Positions 1 to 11,238 of a stretch of DNA of 64,000 nucleotides are shown here, piece after piece. Made by a program: the position numbers and the translations under genes. The DNA lies in the NCBI GenBank assembly GCA_002269645.1, contig NIVC01001393.1, positions 162,481-226,480 of the forward strand, given 5' to 3'. This DNA is from Macrostomum lignano. Lineage: Eukaryota. The stretch's first letter is position 1. Every line of letters begins with the position of its first letter. Under the pieces are notes generated by a model. The model ran no database searches. It had not been told where the DNA came from and was given only the letters and a program-made list of their open reading frames with translations.

Positions 1-2
1 CT

Positions 3-356
3 TCGAATTATGACAGCAGCAGTCCTGAACAGCTGGCAGACCGCGCCACAGCGCTGGAGAGCATCGGCAGCAAAAGAGCCCCGGTAAGCGTCGCAGTGAC
101 ATCGGTGAGCAGCCAAGTGACTGACCGGCTGGAGCAAATGCAAGAGCAGTTGGCGGATCTGGCTGCGACAGTCGCCACCATTGGCAGCCGCGGAGGACAG
201 CGCGGTGGGAGAAGGAATGCAGCTCGTGGAAGAGGCAGCACCCGTGGAAAATGCTTTAACTGCGCTCAGCCTGGTCATTTCGCTGCTCAGTGTCCAGGCA
301 AGCAAGTCGCTCCAGCTGTGCCGTCTGTGTGCAGCCGCTGCTCAGGCAGAGGACAC
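3..356 (+). pseudogene. gag: Gypsy gag C-terminal fragment with zinc knuckle
   Basis: Frame open from position 3. Contains CFNCAQPGHFAAQC (CX2CX4HX4C); a second knuckle CSRCSGRGH is cut off at about 356. Confidence 0.8.
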
Positions 357-2323
357 TCGTTCCGCACTTCGCCAGCATCGCTAATCCGCTTCATCAGGCG
401 ACTCAGAAGAGTCGACAGTTTCAATGGACAACTCAGTGCGATGACGCTCTGCGGAAGCTGAAGTCAGCTCTGTCGACACCACCCGTACTGAAGCTGCCTG
501 ACTACTCCAAGGGATTCCGGTTGTGCTGTGACAGCAGCGGAGTGGCCGTCGCTGGCGTCCTGAGCCAGCTCCACGAAGATGCCGAGTGTCCGGTAGCCTA
601 CGCGTCGAGAGTCCTGAACAAAGCGGAGCGCAATTATTCGACTACCCACAGAGAGCTTCTTGCGGTGGTCTGGGCGATGAAGCATTTCCGGAACTACTTG
701 GCGTCCGCTGGCGAAATTCTCGTCTTCACCGACCACAAGCCGTTGCAAGGACTGCTCAACACGAAGGAGCCAGAAGGCCGGCTAGCCAGATGGATTACGT
801 TTCTGCAGGAGATCAACTTCAAGCTGCTCTTCAGACCTGGTCGCGAAAACGTGTTTGCGGACGCACTGAGCCGAGCAGCGGCGACCCGGCTGCACCCTGC
901 CTGGTCGGACAACGACATCCGTGTAGCGCAGGCTGACGACCCAGTGCTAGCGGCGGCTCGACAAGTGCTCCTCGGACAAAGGCCAAGACGTGGCAAGGCT
1001 GCAGATGACGCAGAACACCTGGTGAGGACAGAGAAGCTGGACCTTGGTGAAGATGGCGTCCTCAAGAAGAGTGGCCAACCCGTCATCCCGCGGCAGCTTC
1101 GCCAGGACCTGCTGCAGCTGCTGCACGACGATCCTGCAAGCGGGCACCTCGGAACCGAAAGGACGCTGGCCAGAGTCGTCAGCAGAGCTTGGTGGCCCGG
1201 CCTAAAGGACGACGTCCAGCACTGGGTGAGCAGCTGCGAAGTGTGTCAGCGTCGCAAGGTACCGCATCAGCACCAGAGGGCACCGCTGCAGATCAACACC
1301 GTGCCATCAGCTCCTTGGGAGATGGTGCAGGTGGACATCAAAGGGCCCCTCCCAGAGACTGAAGCCGGCCTCAGGTACATCATCTGCTTCACGGACGTGT
1401 TTTCCAAGTGGGTTGAGGCGACCGCGGTGTCCAACATTGAGGCCCGGACGGTTGCGGATGCGCTGCTAAGGAGTGTCGTTCTTCGCCACGGAGCGCCCGA
1501 AGTCATCCACTCCGATCAGGGTCATCAGTTTGAAAGTGACATCTTCCAAGAGCTGTGCCGCCTGCTGGATATTCGCAAGACAAGAACGACACCCTTCCAT
1601 CCCAGCGGCAACCCTGCAGTCGAGCGGTTCAACCGAACATTAGGCGACATGCTGGCGGCGTACTGCATGGAACAGCAGAACAAATGGGCGGACTTCCTGC
1701 CGTACGTCATCTGTGCGTACAACTCTTCAGCACTCTTCACCAAGAGGTCGCCCTACGCAGTGCTTCACGGATGTGACCCCAGGATCCCGGCAGAGCTCAG
1801 TTTACCTGCAGGCGGCGAAAGGAGGCTCGTCACGGACACGCTGGCAGACGCTCGCACCGGCTTGCAGCTCGTGCGGCAGCGCCTGCAGTCGACACAGCGG
1901 TCACGGAAGCAGTACGACAAGCGCCAGCACTTCACGCCGATCCAAGTCGGGCAGCTGGTGATGCTCAGCAACCCGGCGGTGTTGAAGGGCCAGTCCAAGG
2001 CTCTCCGTCGGCGGTGGCTGGGACCGTACCGCGTGCTCGAGAGGCTGGGCCCCATCACCTACCGGATCTCAAAACCCGCCGGCCGGAGACGAAGCACGGT
2101 GGTGCATCACAACCGGCTCAAGCTGTTCGTGCGCAGGCGGCCGCAGCCCGCTTCCTGGCAGTCCGCCCCGACTCCGCCCGCTGCAGAGGCCGGCCGACCG
2201 CCCAGCCCGGCTGTCGATCCGCGGCTGACCTGGACGGACTTGCTGGATGAGCCGACCGCAGTCAGCCCTCGGCGTTTTGCAAGGACTCGAAGACCGCCTG
2301 ATTTTTATGCTGCGCAAAACTAG
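357..2323 (+). pseudogene. pol: Gypsy pol remnant: RT C-terminus, RNase H, integrase (protease and RT core missing)
   Basis: VPHFASIANPLH (RT end); CDSSGVAVAGVL, YSTTHRELLAVVWA, TDHKPL, NVFADALSR (RNase H); HDDPASGH...CEVC (integrase Zn finger); VDIKGP, HSDQG, VERFNRTL (DDE core); WLGPYRV (GPY/F). No stops over about 2 kb. Confidence 0.92.
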
Positions 2324-2418
2324 TTTACTGGTTCATTTTTGCTATTCGTGCATTTTTAATTCTCATGGTTTTACTGCCTCTTTTGTCTTTTCGCAGTTTT
2401 TTTTATTATCCTCAATTT

Positions 2419-2612
2419 AGGGAAGGAGTGATTTAAGAGGCGTGAATGTTTTCGCTGTTGTGTGGTTGTTATTGGGTCGGAGTTATTCATCTGCAAATAA
2501 TCGCGATGTACATTGATTGATGTACATTGCAAATATATAAATCGTTGCGCGTGGCTTTAGCCACTTCGTGTGTTTTTGGTCTCGCTTAACTCTCGCCTTC
2601 TCTCAGTTTACA
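2419..2612 (+). repeat. Polypurine tract (2419-2428) and candidate 3' LTR (TG 2429 ... TTTACA 2612)
   Basis: AGGGAAGGAG directly followed by TG; TATA-like ATATATAAA near 2534; ends in CA. The 5' LTR is outside the window, so this cannot be confirmed. Confidence 0.45.
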
Positions 2613-4419
2613 GTGCAATGCCAGCTTGTGTCAATCAACAGTGAGATTGGGTGACAATGCACTTCCGCAAATCTTGCATAAAATTGACTTCCAGAAAATT
2701 GACTTTCGATAAATTCCCTGCCAGGCTGTTTGACTGCTGTGTTGCAAGCTGTTGTAAGCCTGCTGGCAGCCAATGTTATTGTAGACCTATTTAGAGGGTT
2801 AATCTCTAATCCAAGTTTGCCGAGTGGCGCGAGTGACCACGTGTTTACCGCTTTGTTATTGTTCAAAGCTGTTTTTGGTTGTGCTGCGAAATTGGTCTGG
2901 CGCTGTGTTTTCCGATGTCTGAACGACGGTTCTTGAGTGGAAAAGATATTTTCCGGCCAATTTCGTACGAAATCGCTATTGATGATTTTTTCAAAGTCTA
3001 CGTAGCCAAATCATCGCCAGATGCATCATGTAGGTGGCACGGCTGCGCTAAAATTTCTATAACGTCAGCCGGATGGCGAAATCACGATCGGCATCACAAT
3101 AGGCCTTTGAGCAGTCTCAAAGAACTGCGGCATAAATGCGATGTTTCTGGGGCCACCTTAGCCGCCTCTGCGCAGATCATGATAGTGCCGGTGCACTCGC
3201 CACGTGGCTGATTGCTCGGCAGTTATTTCTGAAATTTTCTCCAAAAGAAGACGGCATTCTGTGCCCCCAAAAGTGGTCAAATATGGCTGAGCCCATCTGC
3301 GTTTCATTCGCAGCTCAGCTATACAAGCATAGCGGTCCGATTATGTCTTCTAGCATTCCCTTTCAAGCAAGCTCTAACTATCTTCTTTGCCGCCTTCGAT
3401 GCCGGCTTTCCTGGCGTCGAGGGCTTCTTTGTGCGCCCGCATAATTGGCCATTGCGCCGCCAATTTTCCTTTAGCCATTCGATTTGCAGATACGGCTCTG
3501 CACCTGCGTTCGTACACGGTTATCAAGCGCTAAAACTGGACGCTAGTCGGGGCCAAAATTGTGCTCAAAGCAAACACCTGAACATATTTTTATACCTGAA
3601 AATGAGAACAAGGAGTGAAAAGGCAAAATTTAGCAAATAGCTCTCATGCATGATCTGCGCGGGCCCCAATGATCATTATAGGTGAAAGTTAAATAGTTCG
3701 GAAAAAGTACTCGAGCAGGCGGAAATAGCTGCTCAACCCGCGGGCCATCATCTAATCTCTTCGTGACGCACGCCATGGCTGGTGCCCTCCCGAGCGTATC
3801 CCGCCATATCAGACCCATCAAATGCAGTTCCATCCAACCTACCAGCCAGTCTTTAAATCTCTTGCAAAGTACAATTTCTGCTGATGCTGTTCTGAAATAG
3901 CTAAAATCCTTTTTTGGACTTTTGAGTAGAAGTTGTCAGTCTCTCATTTCTAACTTGAATAGACTGTTCATCGCTTTGATTGATGCAGAAAAATTTATCG
4001 ACTGGTTTTCATTGCCTTAGTTAAAGATTTAATACGTTGGTGATCCATGGCGTGCTCGAGCTCGTGACCCGAGTACTAGGGAAGCGTGATAAAAACTTGT
4101 CTTCTAAGCAACCTCAGTATTGAGCTGGTATGTACCCCCCACTTGCCCCGAGCAGTTGTCTATGTTTTTAAGCTTTTAATTTATTTGCACTAGTGCTATA
4201 AATTTTTTATTTCACTTTGCATCAATGCAAATAAATTATGCCCGTTTCAAGTTAGGGATACATCATATTCCCAACTCATTTTGTTGTCTAGGGCCAAAAG
4301 CACTCGGTATCTCGCTTATTGACCGAGGCGAACGAGACACCTCGTGCTTTTGCCCGCTAGACAACAAAATAAATGGGGAATATTATACATTTATGCCAAC
4401 AGTTTATTGAGCAGATGCT

Positions 4420-4752
4420 TTATTAGAGACAGGCTGTGTGCACCCTGGCGCACTTTAAGTCACACAACCGGCGAGAGGCATTACTGCTGATTCCGCCGAC
4501 TCCCCTGAGCAGGCACACAAGCGCCCGGATACGCACGCAGTCACACGCACAGGCACACACTCAGAAGTGCACAGCGGCCCTGACTTTATTTATCATTCGG
4601 CCTTGGGAGTGCCAAGGGCGTTAATTGCACGAGCAGAGCCAAGCCGAGATTCCAATTTAGACCCAGATTAATGAGACTGCACTTGGAATCGAACCTGGGC
4701 CGCTGGCACATCTGAGCACCGTGCTGGACCACTAGGCTACGCCCCCCCCCCC
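4420..4752 (-). mobile_element. tRNA-derived SINE with 12-bp target-site duplication
   Basis: Minus-strand A box TAGCCTAGTGG (4739-4729) and B box GGTTCGATTCC (4695-4685). Flanked by TGAGCAGATGCT (4408-4419) and TGAGCAGACGCT (4753-4764). Confidence 0.75.
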
Positions 4753-5149
4753 TGAGCAGACGCTACTCGCGAAGCAGCTTACTTGTCATGTGCTCCCAGC
4801 GAACCAGTTTTTTTGCCGGAGAATGCCAGCATTAGGGTTGTCACATCTTGATTATTTTTTTCTGTACGTGTCGCCGTGTCGACTTCTCGTAAAACAATTT
4901 AGTTGGGGCGGAAGATGTACGAGATTTTGAGAACCGTGGGCAGTCAACTTGTAGTTGTAGTAATATTTGCGCGACATGATGTGGGACCAGAATTTAGCTA
5001 CTCCCATTGCCAAACCACATAGTCCACAACAATGATGAAGAGCTGGCGATGCGGAACCACTCCTCCTCAATTCCTTTGTGGAGAGTCATCTTTCAACTGA
5101 ACAAATGCTCTGGAGAGACTCACTGCAGCTGATTTCAGAACAGCTGTGC

Positions 5150-5500
5150 AAGCAGTTTCCGTTCTGCACGCTGAGTCGAAGGCTGCAGTTTTGTTGGGCG
5201 GTCCTGCAGTCTGAGACCCTACCAGACCGCCGCAGGAACGGAGTTGATGCTTTGGACGGTGAGACCTCTTGCTGTACTAAGACAACGCTGAGACCTGAGC
5301 TTTCGGCACTCCAAATTGTCTGCGCCGAGTTGTACTGCCTCCAGCCGGTTCAAGATGTGCCATTGCTGACGCTGCAGGCACCCTACTGGCGAAGTCAGGC
5401 ACGCACTCGGCGCTACACCGATTACCTGCGTCCGTGTCTGGTAACTACTGAGGGTGCCAATGCAAACTCCAGCCCATTTTGTATGACGAAGTGCACAATC
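5150..5500 (+). mobile_element. Decayed RTE-type LINE, ORF2 C-terminal fragment
   Basis: AVLQSETLPDR...AELYCLQPVQDVPLLTLQAPYWRSQARTRRYTDYL resembles the post-RT region of RTE-like ORF2. Shares GGCGGTCCTGCAGTC..CCCTACC with the copy at about 8480. Confidence 0.55.
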
Positions 5501-6032
5501 AAAAAACGCCAGGCACACGCCGTCCAGCACAAAAGTACTTGGTCTGAGAGCGCTCCTGTTCAGCATTTTGTTCAAAAACGGGAAATTTGGTAACAATGAG
5601 CAAAACTTGGACTGTTAAGTCATTTTACATCCTGAATTACCAACACTTTTTCCTTTATCTTTGGCAACGGTTCTAAGTTCCAGGTAGCTGATGCAGTTGT
5701 TGCAGCACGGCCTGCTCCTGCGCTCTCAGGATACCAATAACTATTTACATGTACGAATTAGTTTAAAAAAGTGACCAACTCCCCAGTTTCAATGATTATG
5801 TGACCAACTTAAAGTTTGAATCGTTACCGAAAAAATGAAAAAAATACTGAATTGCTTTCAGACAATACTCAAAGCTAAGTTAAATAAGTTTGTCTGCCTA
5901 ATTTTGAAAAAGAAATTACAGAGATTCCCCACTTCGAATTCCGGCTCCCTGCTCCCTTTTGCACCAATCGAACCGTTAAAGCTAATTGACCGCAGCGATA
6001 ATCCCCAACTTCAAGGCGTTTGGGCCCATCCG

Positions 6033-6055
6033 ATTGGCTGTAGATGTCTATAAAA
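6033..6055 (+). promoter_or_regulatory. Candidate core promoter of ILP gene 1 (reverse CCAAT plus TATAAAA)
   Basis: ATTGG at 6033-6037 and TATAAAA at 6049-6055, about 110 bp upstream of ATG 6163. Confidence 0.5.
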
Positions 6056-6162
6056 GTTGCTAAAGTCTCTGATCGGAACTTCCAGCCTGGAACAGCGCTC
6101 GATTCTTGGACAAGCCAGCCTCGTCAATCTCTTCCGCTGGAGTCATTATTCGGATAGTGATA

Positions 6163-6708
6163 ATGGCCGTCTCCGCTGGAACCCTGAGTGCAGGTGAGAG
6201 CGAATGCTTCATGTCGCAGGTCGTTGTTCATTCTTTATATTTTTCGATGAAAATGTGAACTCACTATCAACACCACAACAAACTCGTTGCAGCCCTGCTC
6301 GTTCTGACGCTTCTGTTGCTGTGCAGTTGCTCGAATAGCCAAGCCAATCCGCCAAAGATCGGCATCAATGGTAAAGTGTTTCTACCCAAGGAGAAGTTCA
6401 GAACTTGCAACGCCAGGAAGCTGTTCGAAGTGCTCGGGACCGCCTGCGCTGGCGTCGGCCTGAACACCAGTGTGCAGCTGCGGTTTCTCGCCAGACGGCG
6501 GCGCAGCTCCGATATTGCCGGTGGGTTTTATATTCCATTTTAGTATGCATTGCGCTGTTCAAATTTCTAACTGTAATCAAAACTGAGACGTATATTGCGC
6601 AACCTTGTTGCAGAGATCCTGAAACCAGTTCTACAGAGATGCTGCAAAAACGAGACGGGCTGTTCACTTTGCGAGCTTCAAAGGTTCTGCAAATCGCAGC
6701 CGGCGTAA
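6163..6708 (+). CDS. Insulin-like peptide precursor 1 (117 aa); exons 6163-6193, 6293-6520, 6614-6708
   Basis: Phase-consistent GT-AG splicing gives signal peptide MAVSAGTLSAALLVLTLLLLCSCSNSQA, B-chain-like RTCNARKLFEVLGTAC, basic site RRRR, and A-chain-like CCKNETGCSLCELQRFC, ending at TAA 6706-6708. Confidence 0.85.
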
Positions 6709-7255
6709 GACAAATGTTGTTCGTGTTTGGTAACAACTGGAACTCGCGACTTCACCGGTTTTTCATCACATTTTCCCCTCCCTGACACTATTCCAGCTGG
6801 GTTGAAAACTGGTGTTAAGCCTTCTCGGAGGTCGCTGGACAACAGTGGATTCACGAATGATTACGAATGGCAATTTCTGACCTTACTTTGTTTAACAAGT
6901 ATTGAGCCCAGATATGCTTGGGTTGAACCGTGCATATTTGTAGTGCTCACAGTTGCTCATTTCAAACTCAACTGCCGGTGAAAATTTACAAATAAACCTG
7001 AAGTCGGGGACTCAGGTCCCAGAAAACTTCGCTTGCTCCTAATTCTGCACTCAAAAGGCAATTTAACTGTGTTTTTTATTCTCTTTTTCTAGAGCGAATA
7101 GTAGTGTGTTTTACTGCATATTTCCAATATTCAATGCTGACGATAGAACACATCGACAATTTGCAACTTGTAACAGCTTAAGGCATACTTATGTCGTACT
7201 AACGACTGGAGCATCAGAAACTAGCAGCGTACGCTTGAAGACAGGCATCATTTAA

Positions 7256-7572
7256 AGTTACGGTTGAACGTTACTCCAGTTTTATGGACAATGGCTTAAA
7301 TTCAGAAAAACTGCTCCAAGAGTCCGAACAAACGCTGAAAACTTAGCAAAATCACCGTTCTTCCTGGCCTCTGCAATGAATTTTTTCTAATTGGGGATTT
7401 TTCTTATCCCGAGATTGTCTATGGTAAAACGTCATTCGATGCAATACAATATCCAAAAACTCATTTAGGGAGAACACACTGTACTTCAAGTTTTTCCCGC
7501 TTCTAGCAGTTTAAAAAGTAAAAAAAATATCGGGCCTTCAACCGTAATTACAACCTGATTACAGCCGTAACT
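7256..7572. mobile_element. Possible MITE
   Basis: Terminal inverted repeat AGTTACGGTTG / CAGCCGTAACT plus an internal TTCAACCGTAA repeat; left flank TTAA, right flank TCTA, so no clean TSD. Confidence 0.3.
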
Positions 7573-8129
7573 TCTAGAGGTCCTTGAGTTTAAGCCGATA
7601 GGTTGTCCATTTCATTAATTTGTTTTGCTTCGGGGATAAACTAACACAGTTTCTAACCCTTTGAAATTGGGTTCACGGAAGTTGGTTTACAGATGATTTC
7701 AAATATGCGTGTTTGGATGGCTCTCCTGGAAGTCGCATATCTGAGTGTACTTACTCGTCTGTCGTCCATTAGGTCCAGCCTCCCGAGGCACGGCACGTCA
7801 ATTGGTAAGGATAACTCGCGTTGGATCATTAAAACTGTTTCACAAGCGTCTTAAAATCCGCTTAAGTCGTGCAATCATTTCCTAGGGCCTTGATTTGATC
7901 TGCGCCATTTTAAATGAGCAGCTCCGTTAAAAGTCTTTGTACCATTTTACAAAGGGCTTAAAAATTAATTAGAAGGCCTCATTCAATAAAATTAAAAACG
8001 ATTTAATCCGATTGAATTCTTTTTAATTAGCTCATAAGTCTCATTAATTCTTAAATTGAACGCAATTCAGTGTCGAACAGTAACGTCTTTTCTCAAAGGC
8101 AAAAAATAGCCTATCCAAACACAGTTGCA

Positions 8130-8700
8130 TCTGTTTGTAGCAACTGTGCCTGCTCCAGGCATTGCCCATCCACTCTGTGGGTATTGAGGTCACCAGAGTG
8201 ATGAACCGCGCGTGCTCGTCGGTGAGAGGAGGCACCCAACGAAATGACCACGGCACACGTCGTCGCAATTCATAAGAAGCCGGGCACCACAGGACTTAAA
8301 GAGAGTGGAGCATCTGCCTTCAGTGCTGAGCTGCGAAGCTGATCAACCGGATGCTGCTATCGCGGTTGCAGCCCACGCTGGATCTGCGACCTGCGCAGAA
8401 CGGGTTCCGGCCCCATTGTGGCACAAGTGGCCTACGGATCTGCAGCATCGCTGCTGGCTTGATTTAGCTGCCTTTCGTTCTTTGATGGCGGTCCTGCAGT
8501 CGGAGGCCCTACCAAACCAGGCTGTAGTTGTTACTTGAGTGGTTAAGTCTACAGCGCCCAAAACTTGGGCTCTGACAGATTTGCAAGTTGCAAGTCGACA
8601 ATCGTCTGTCGTTACTTTGTTGCTTTACAGAATGGGCGACGATTGAGTCACAAACATAGCCTACTTTATCGCCGCGCCGGCATGGCCCGTCCAAAAGACG
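8130..8700 (+). mobile_element. Decayed, internally deleted RTE-type LINE RT fragment
   Basis: VTRVMNRA...MTTAHVVAIHKKPGT, then AKLINRMLLSRLQPTLDLRPAQNGFRP (typical non-LTR RT N-terminal motifs), jumping to AVLQSEALP...KTWALTD; contains stops and frameshifts. Confidence 0.7.
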
Positions 8701-9607
8701 TGTAACGTCATTTGAACGAGTCCTACAGGCATCGTACCATAGGCCAGGGCAGGAATCTGTCGTTATTCGGCAGCGCTGCTTATGTTCAAACCCGAGCGCT
8801 GGGGTGCGCCCTGTGACTCCACTTTTATAACCTTGAAGTGAATCATGGTGTTTTTGTACATGTGCGTATGCTCAACTTGGTTTGAGTCTGAGTGTCTTCA
8901 ACTTGAAGCCTCCGTTGTTTGAACTAATGAACTGAACTTTCCTGTTAGTTAGTTCTTAGGGAGCTTTGGTCACTACGGCAAATCAAGCCCTTCCACTGAT
9001 CCCTGAGCATGCCCACGCATGCACATTACGTTCGGCAGAACCGCCCTCACACACGTAATTAGTCAGTATTATATATCTATTCTTCATAAAGTAGCTACTC
9101 TACACGTGCAAGTATGCTTTCCCTTATAAATACTTCTTTGCTTAGAAATCGGATTTCCTGAAAGTTGGATTCCCAGATTTCAAGCCTCGCCCCTTCGATG
9201 CAATATTTGCTGACCGCCCACCTGGCGTCTTCCTGTTTCCGCGCCAATCAAACCGAGTCGAGCAGAATTTCAATCATTGGCTTATGCAGCTGCATCAGCG
9301 CGCACTGATTGGCCACTGAAGCCAATAAATTGCTGCTACTCCCGGCCCTCAAAACTGATTTATCTGCCACTCGTCCAAGGCTCGACTAAAAAAGGCGTCT
9401 TTCAGGAGTGCACTTATAGTTTTCCCGTCTAAACTGTGTGGGCGTTTCCTTTACCTGCTCTTTTTTGAAGGCAGCTAGCACTACCTGTAGCTTCAATGGC
9501 TAGCGGAGCCGCGTTTTCGGCGGAAGGTCTTCGAGTAAGTCTAACAGTCTCTCGCTCAGCCACTTCCTATGTCTAATTTATCAATGCCTCACCTGTCTGC
9601 AGGGTGC

Positions 9608-10135
9608 ATGCCGCTTCTCCTAATGCCCCTGCTGCTGCTGCCTTTGCTGCTGCTGCCAATGGCTTCAGCTTCATCAAAGATGACTCTGGAGGAGGCCAAC
9701 CGGCTGAACGAGTACGCGCACAAGCGCATCCGGTCCTGCAACTTGCGCAGACTGCTCAGCACCATCATGGTGCTGTGCAAAGAGGTGGGCCTGTACAACT
9801 CCAGCAACGCGGCGTGCAAAAAAGCTTCCGGCGAAGCTCCATCCAAGCGAGACGTCGACTTCTCCAAACTGCAGGTGCTGCCGGACGACAGACAGACAGG
9901 CGGCGGCTCACTGCCTTGGAGCACAATGCACCCTGGTGAGCGCAACAGTGTAGTTGGTGAGCTCGTGACGCAGCAACTGCTTGATGCTGTGTACAGAGTT
10001 CGTCTGACTAAATAGATTTATTTTTGTTTCTTATTAAAATTGATTTCAGACGAGAGTGCTGTGCTGGATGCCTGCTGCTACCGGCACTGCAACTACTGCA
10101 TGCTGCAGAGGTACTGCTGCACTGCGCCAACGTAA
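9608..10135 (+). CDS. Insulin-like peptide precursor 2; coding exons 9608-9935 and 10050-10135 (start could be 9569, 9623 or an upstream exon at 9496)
   Basis: Signal peptide MPLLLMPLLLLPLLLLPMASA; B-chain-like RSCNLRRLLSTIMVLC; KK and KR sites; phase-1 intron GTGAG...TTTCAG; A-chain-like CCYRHCNYCMLQRYCC; TAA 10133-10135. Clear paralog of ILP 1. Confidence 0.85.
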
Positions 10136-10780
10136 GTTCACACTGCGTAGCACTGCGCTTCATTAAGCATAAGTGTAATCTCATCGCAACTGCAACCGAT
10201 TTCCAGTTGGGCCAAGAAGTTCTGCTACTATACCATGCCCTACGACGCGAAATAAGGACCTAAACTGGGCCGCGAACCTGCTTAAAACTAAAACCATTGA
10301 TGAGCAACCCCTACCCTATGAGTTGATCCCAACCAACTCATGCCGCAGTGGTCTGCAAACGCATAGCCAATGGCTTTGACTGTTAAGCTCCCACAAGAAG
10401 CTACTTATTCAGCAAATATATCTAGCGGCCAACAGCGCCACCCAAATCGCAAGTGGTTATATTTGCGCGTCTAAGTTTTTGCATTAAAAATGAAAAAAAA
10501 TCACGCCTTTAAGGCAAGCATTCCACATTTCAATCGGTTGAAACTTTGTGGACTTTTTTAATTTGATAAAAATTAAAATCAAACTATAAGTAAATAACTT
10601 TTGAGGCTTTGTATCTGAGTAATTACAAACTATTGAAATTATTTTTAATTAATTTTAATTGGTTTTGATACATGAATTGAAATAAGGCAATTTTAAGGAC
10701 TTTGAAATATCTCAGTCAAACTGATCATAAGGCATCAATACGTTATAGAGCAATATTGACAGGCTGCAGAGGGTTAAAAC

Positions 10781-10840
10781 CAAGGAGTTCTATACTTAGC
10801 AAGGTGCTAATTAGCAAGGTGCTAATTATAGAGCTCCTTG
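10781..10840. mobile_element. 60-bp P-family mini element
   Basis: TIR CAAGGAG(T/C)TCTATA; flanks GTTAAAAC / GTTGAAAC (8-bp TSD, one mismatch); internal duplicated TTAGCAAGGTGCTAA. Confidence 0.6.
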
Positions 10841-10927
10841 GTTGAAACGAGCCAAAACCTCGAGGAGAGTAAGCGTCGGAACGTGAAAATGTCTATGGAA
10901 AAAACTGGAAAATCCATACAGCTGGGT

Positions 10928-11118
10928 CAAGGAGTTCTATAATTAGCAACCTGGAGTGGAAGCGAGCTTTACCTCATGAGGCCATGCCAATTGTAAAGAT
11001 AAGGAGCCAGCACTGAATGTCTATGGCTCTGTCTGACTCTGTCTATGCTAGTCTGGCCTAATGAGGCAAAACTGAAAAACTCGTTTCCACACCAGGTTGC
11101 TGGTTGTAGAACTCCTTG
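10928..11118. mobile_element. 191-bp P-family MITE, same family as 10781-10840
   Basis: CAAGGAGTTCTA...TAGAACTCCTTG termini, subterminal AGCAACCTGG / CCAGGTTGCT, perfect 7-bp flanking repeat GCTGGGT. Confidence 0.7.
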
Positions 11119-11238
11119 GCTGGGTCAAGGAAGTCTGTGGTCTGAAGGCAGAGCTGCCCCACGTAAACAATAATCTGTGTAGCTCAAAGAGTATTGAGGT
11201 CGCCTAGTATAGAGCACAGAATATACACAGAATAGTAC

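Larger units (their letters stand above)
1..2612 (+). mobile_element. Ty3/Gypsy LTR retrotransposon, 3' portion, internally deleted (5' end outside window)
   Basis: gag CCHC knuckle, RT connection, RNase H and integrase in Gypsy order; AT-rich 3' UTR; purine tract followed by TG at 2429. The right boundary is tentative. Confidence 0.9.

Noticed and set aside
3790-4020. Possible minus-strand Tc1 transposase relic (HQQKLYFAR...W..I.W)
   Set aside because: Too many stops and frameshifts to call by eye.
4683-4745. tRNA gene (also 47505-47588)
   Set aside because: A and B boxes are present but there is no closed acceptor stem. Both continue into SINE bodies, one with a TSD.
5100-5400. Minus-strand RT-like words (AFDS, ILNRL)
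   Set aside because: The plus strand gives a longer, more coherent RTE C-terminal match, so these are likely chance.
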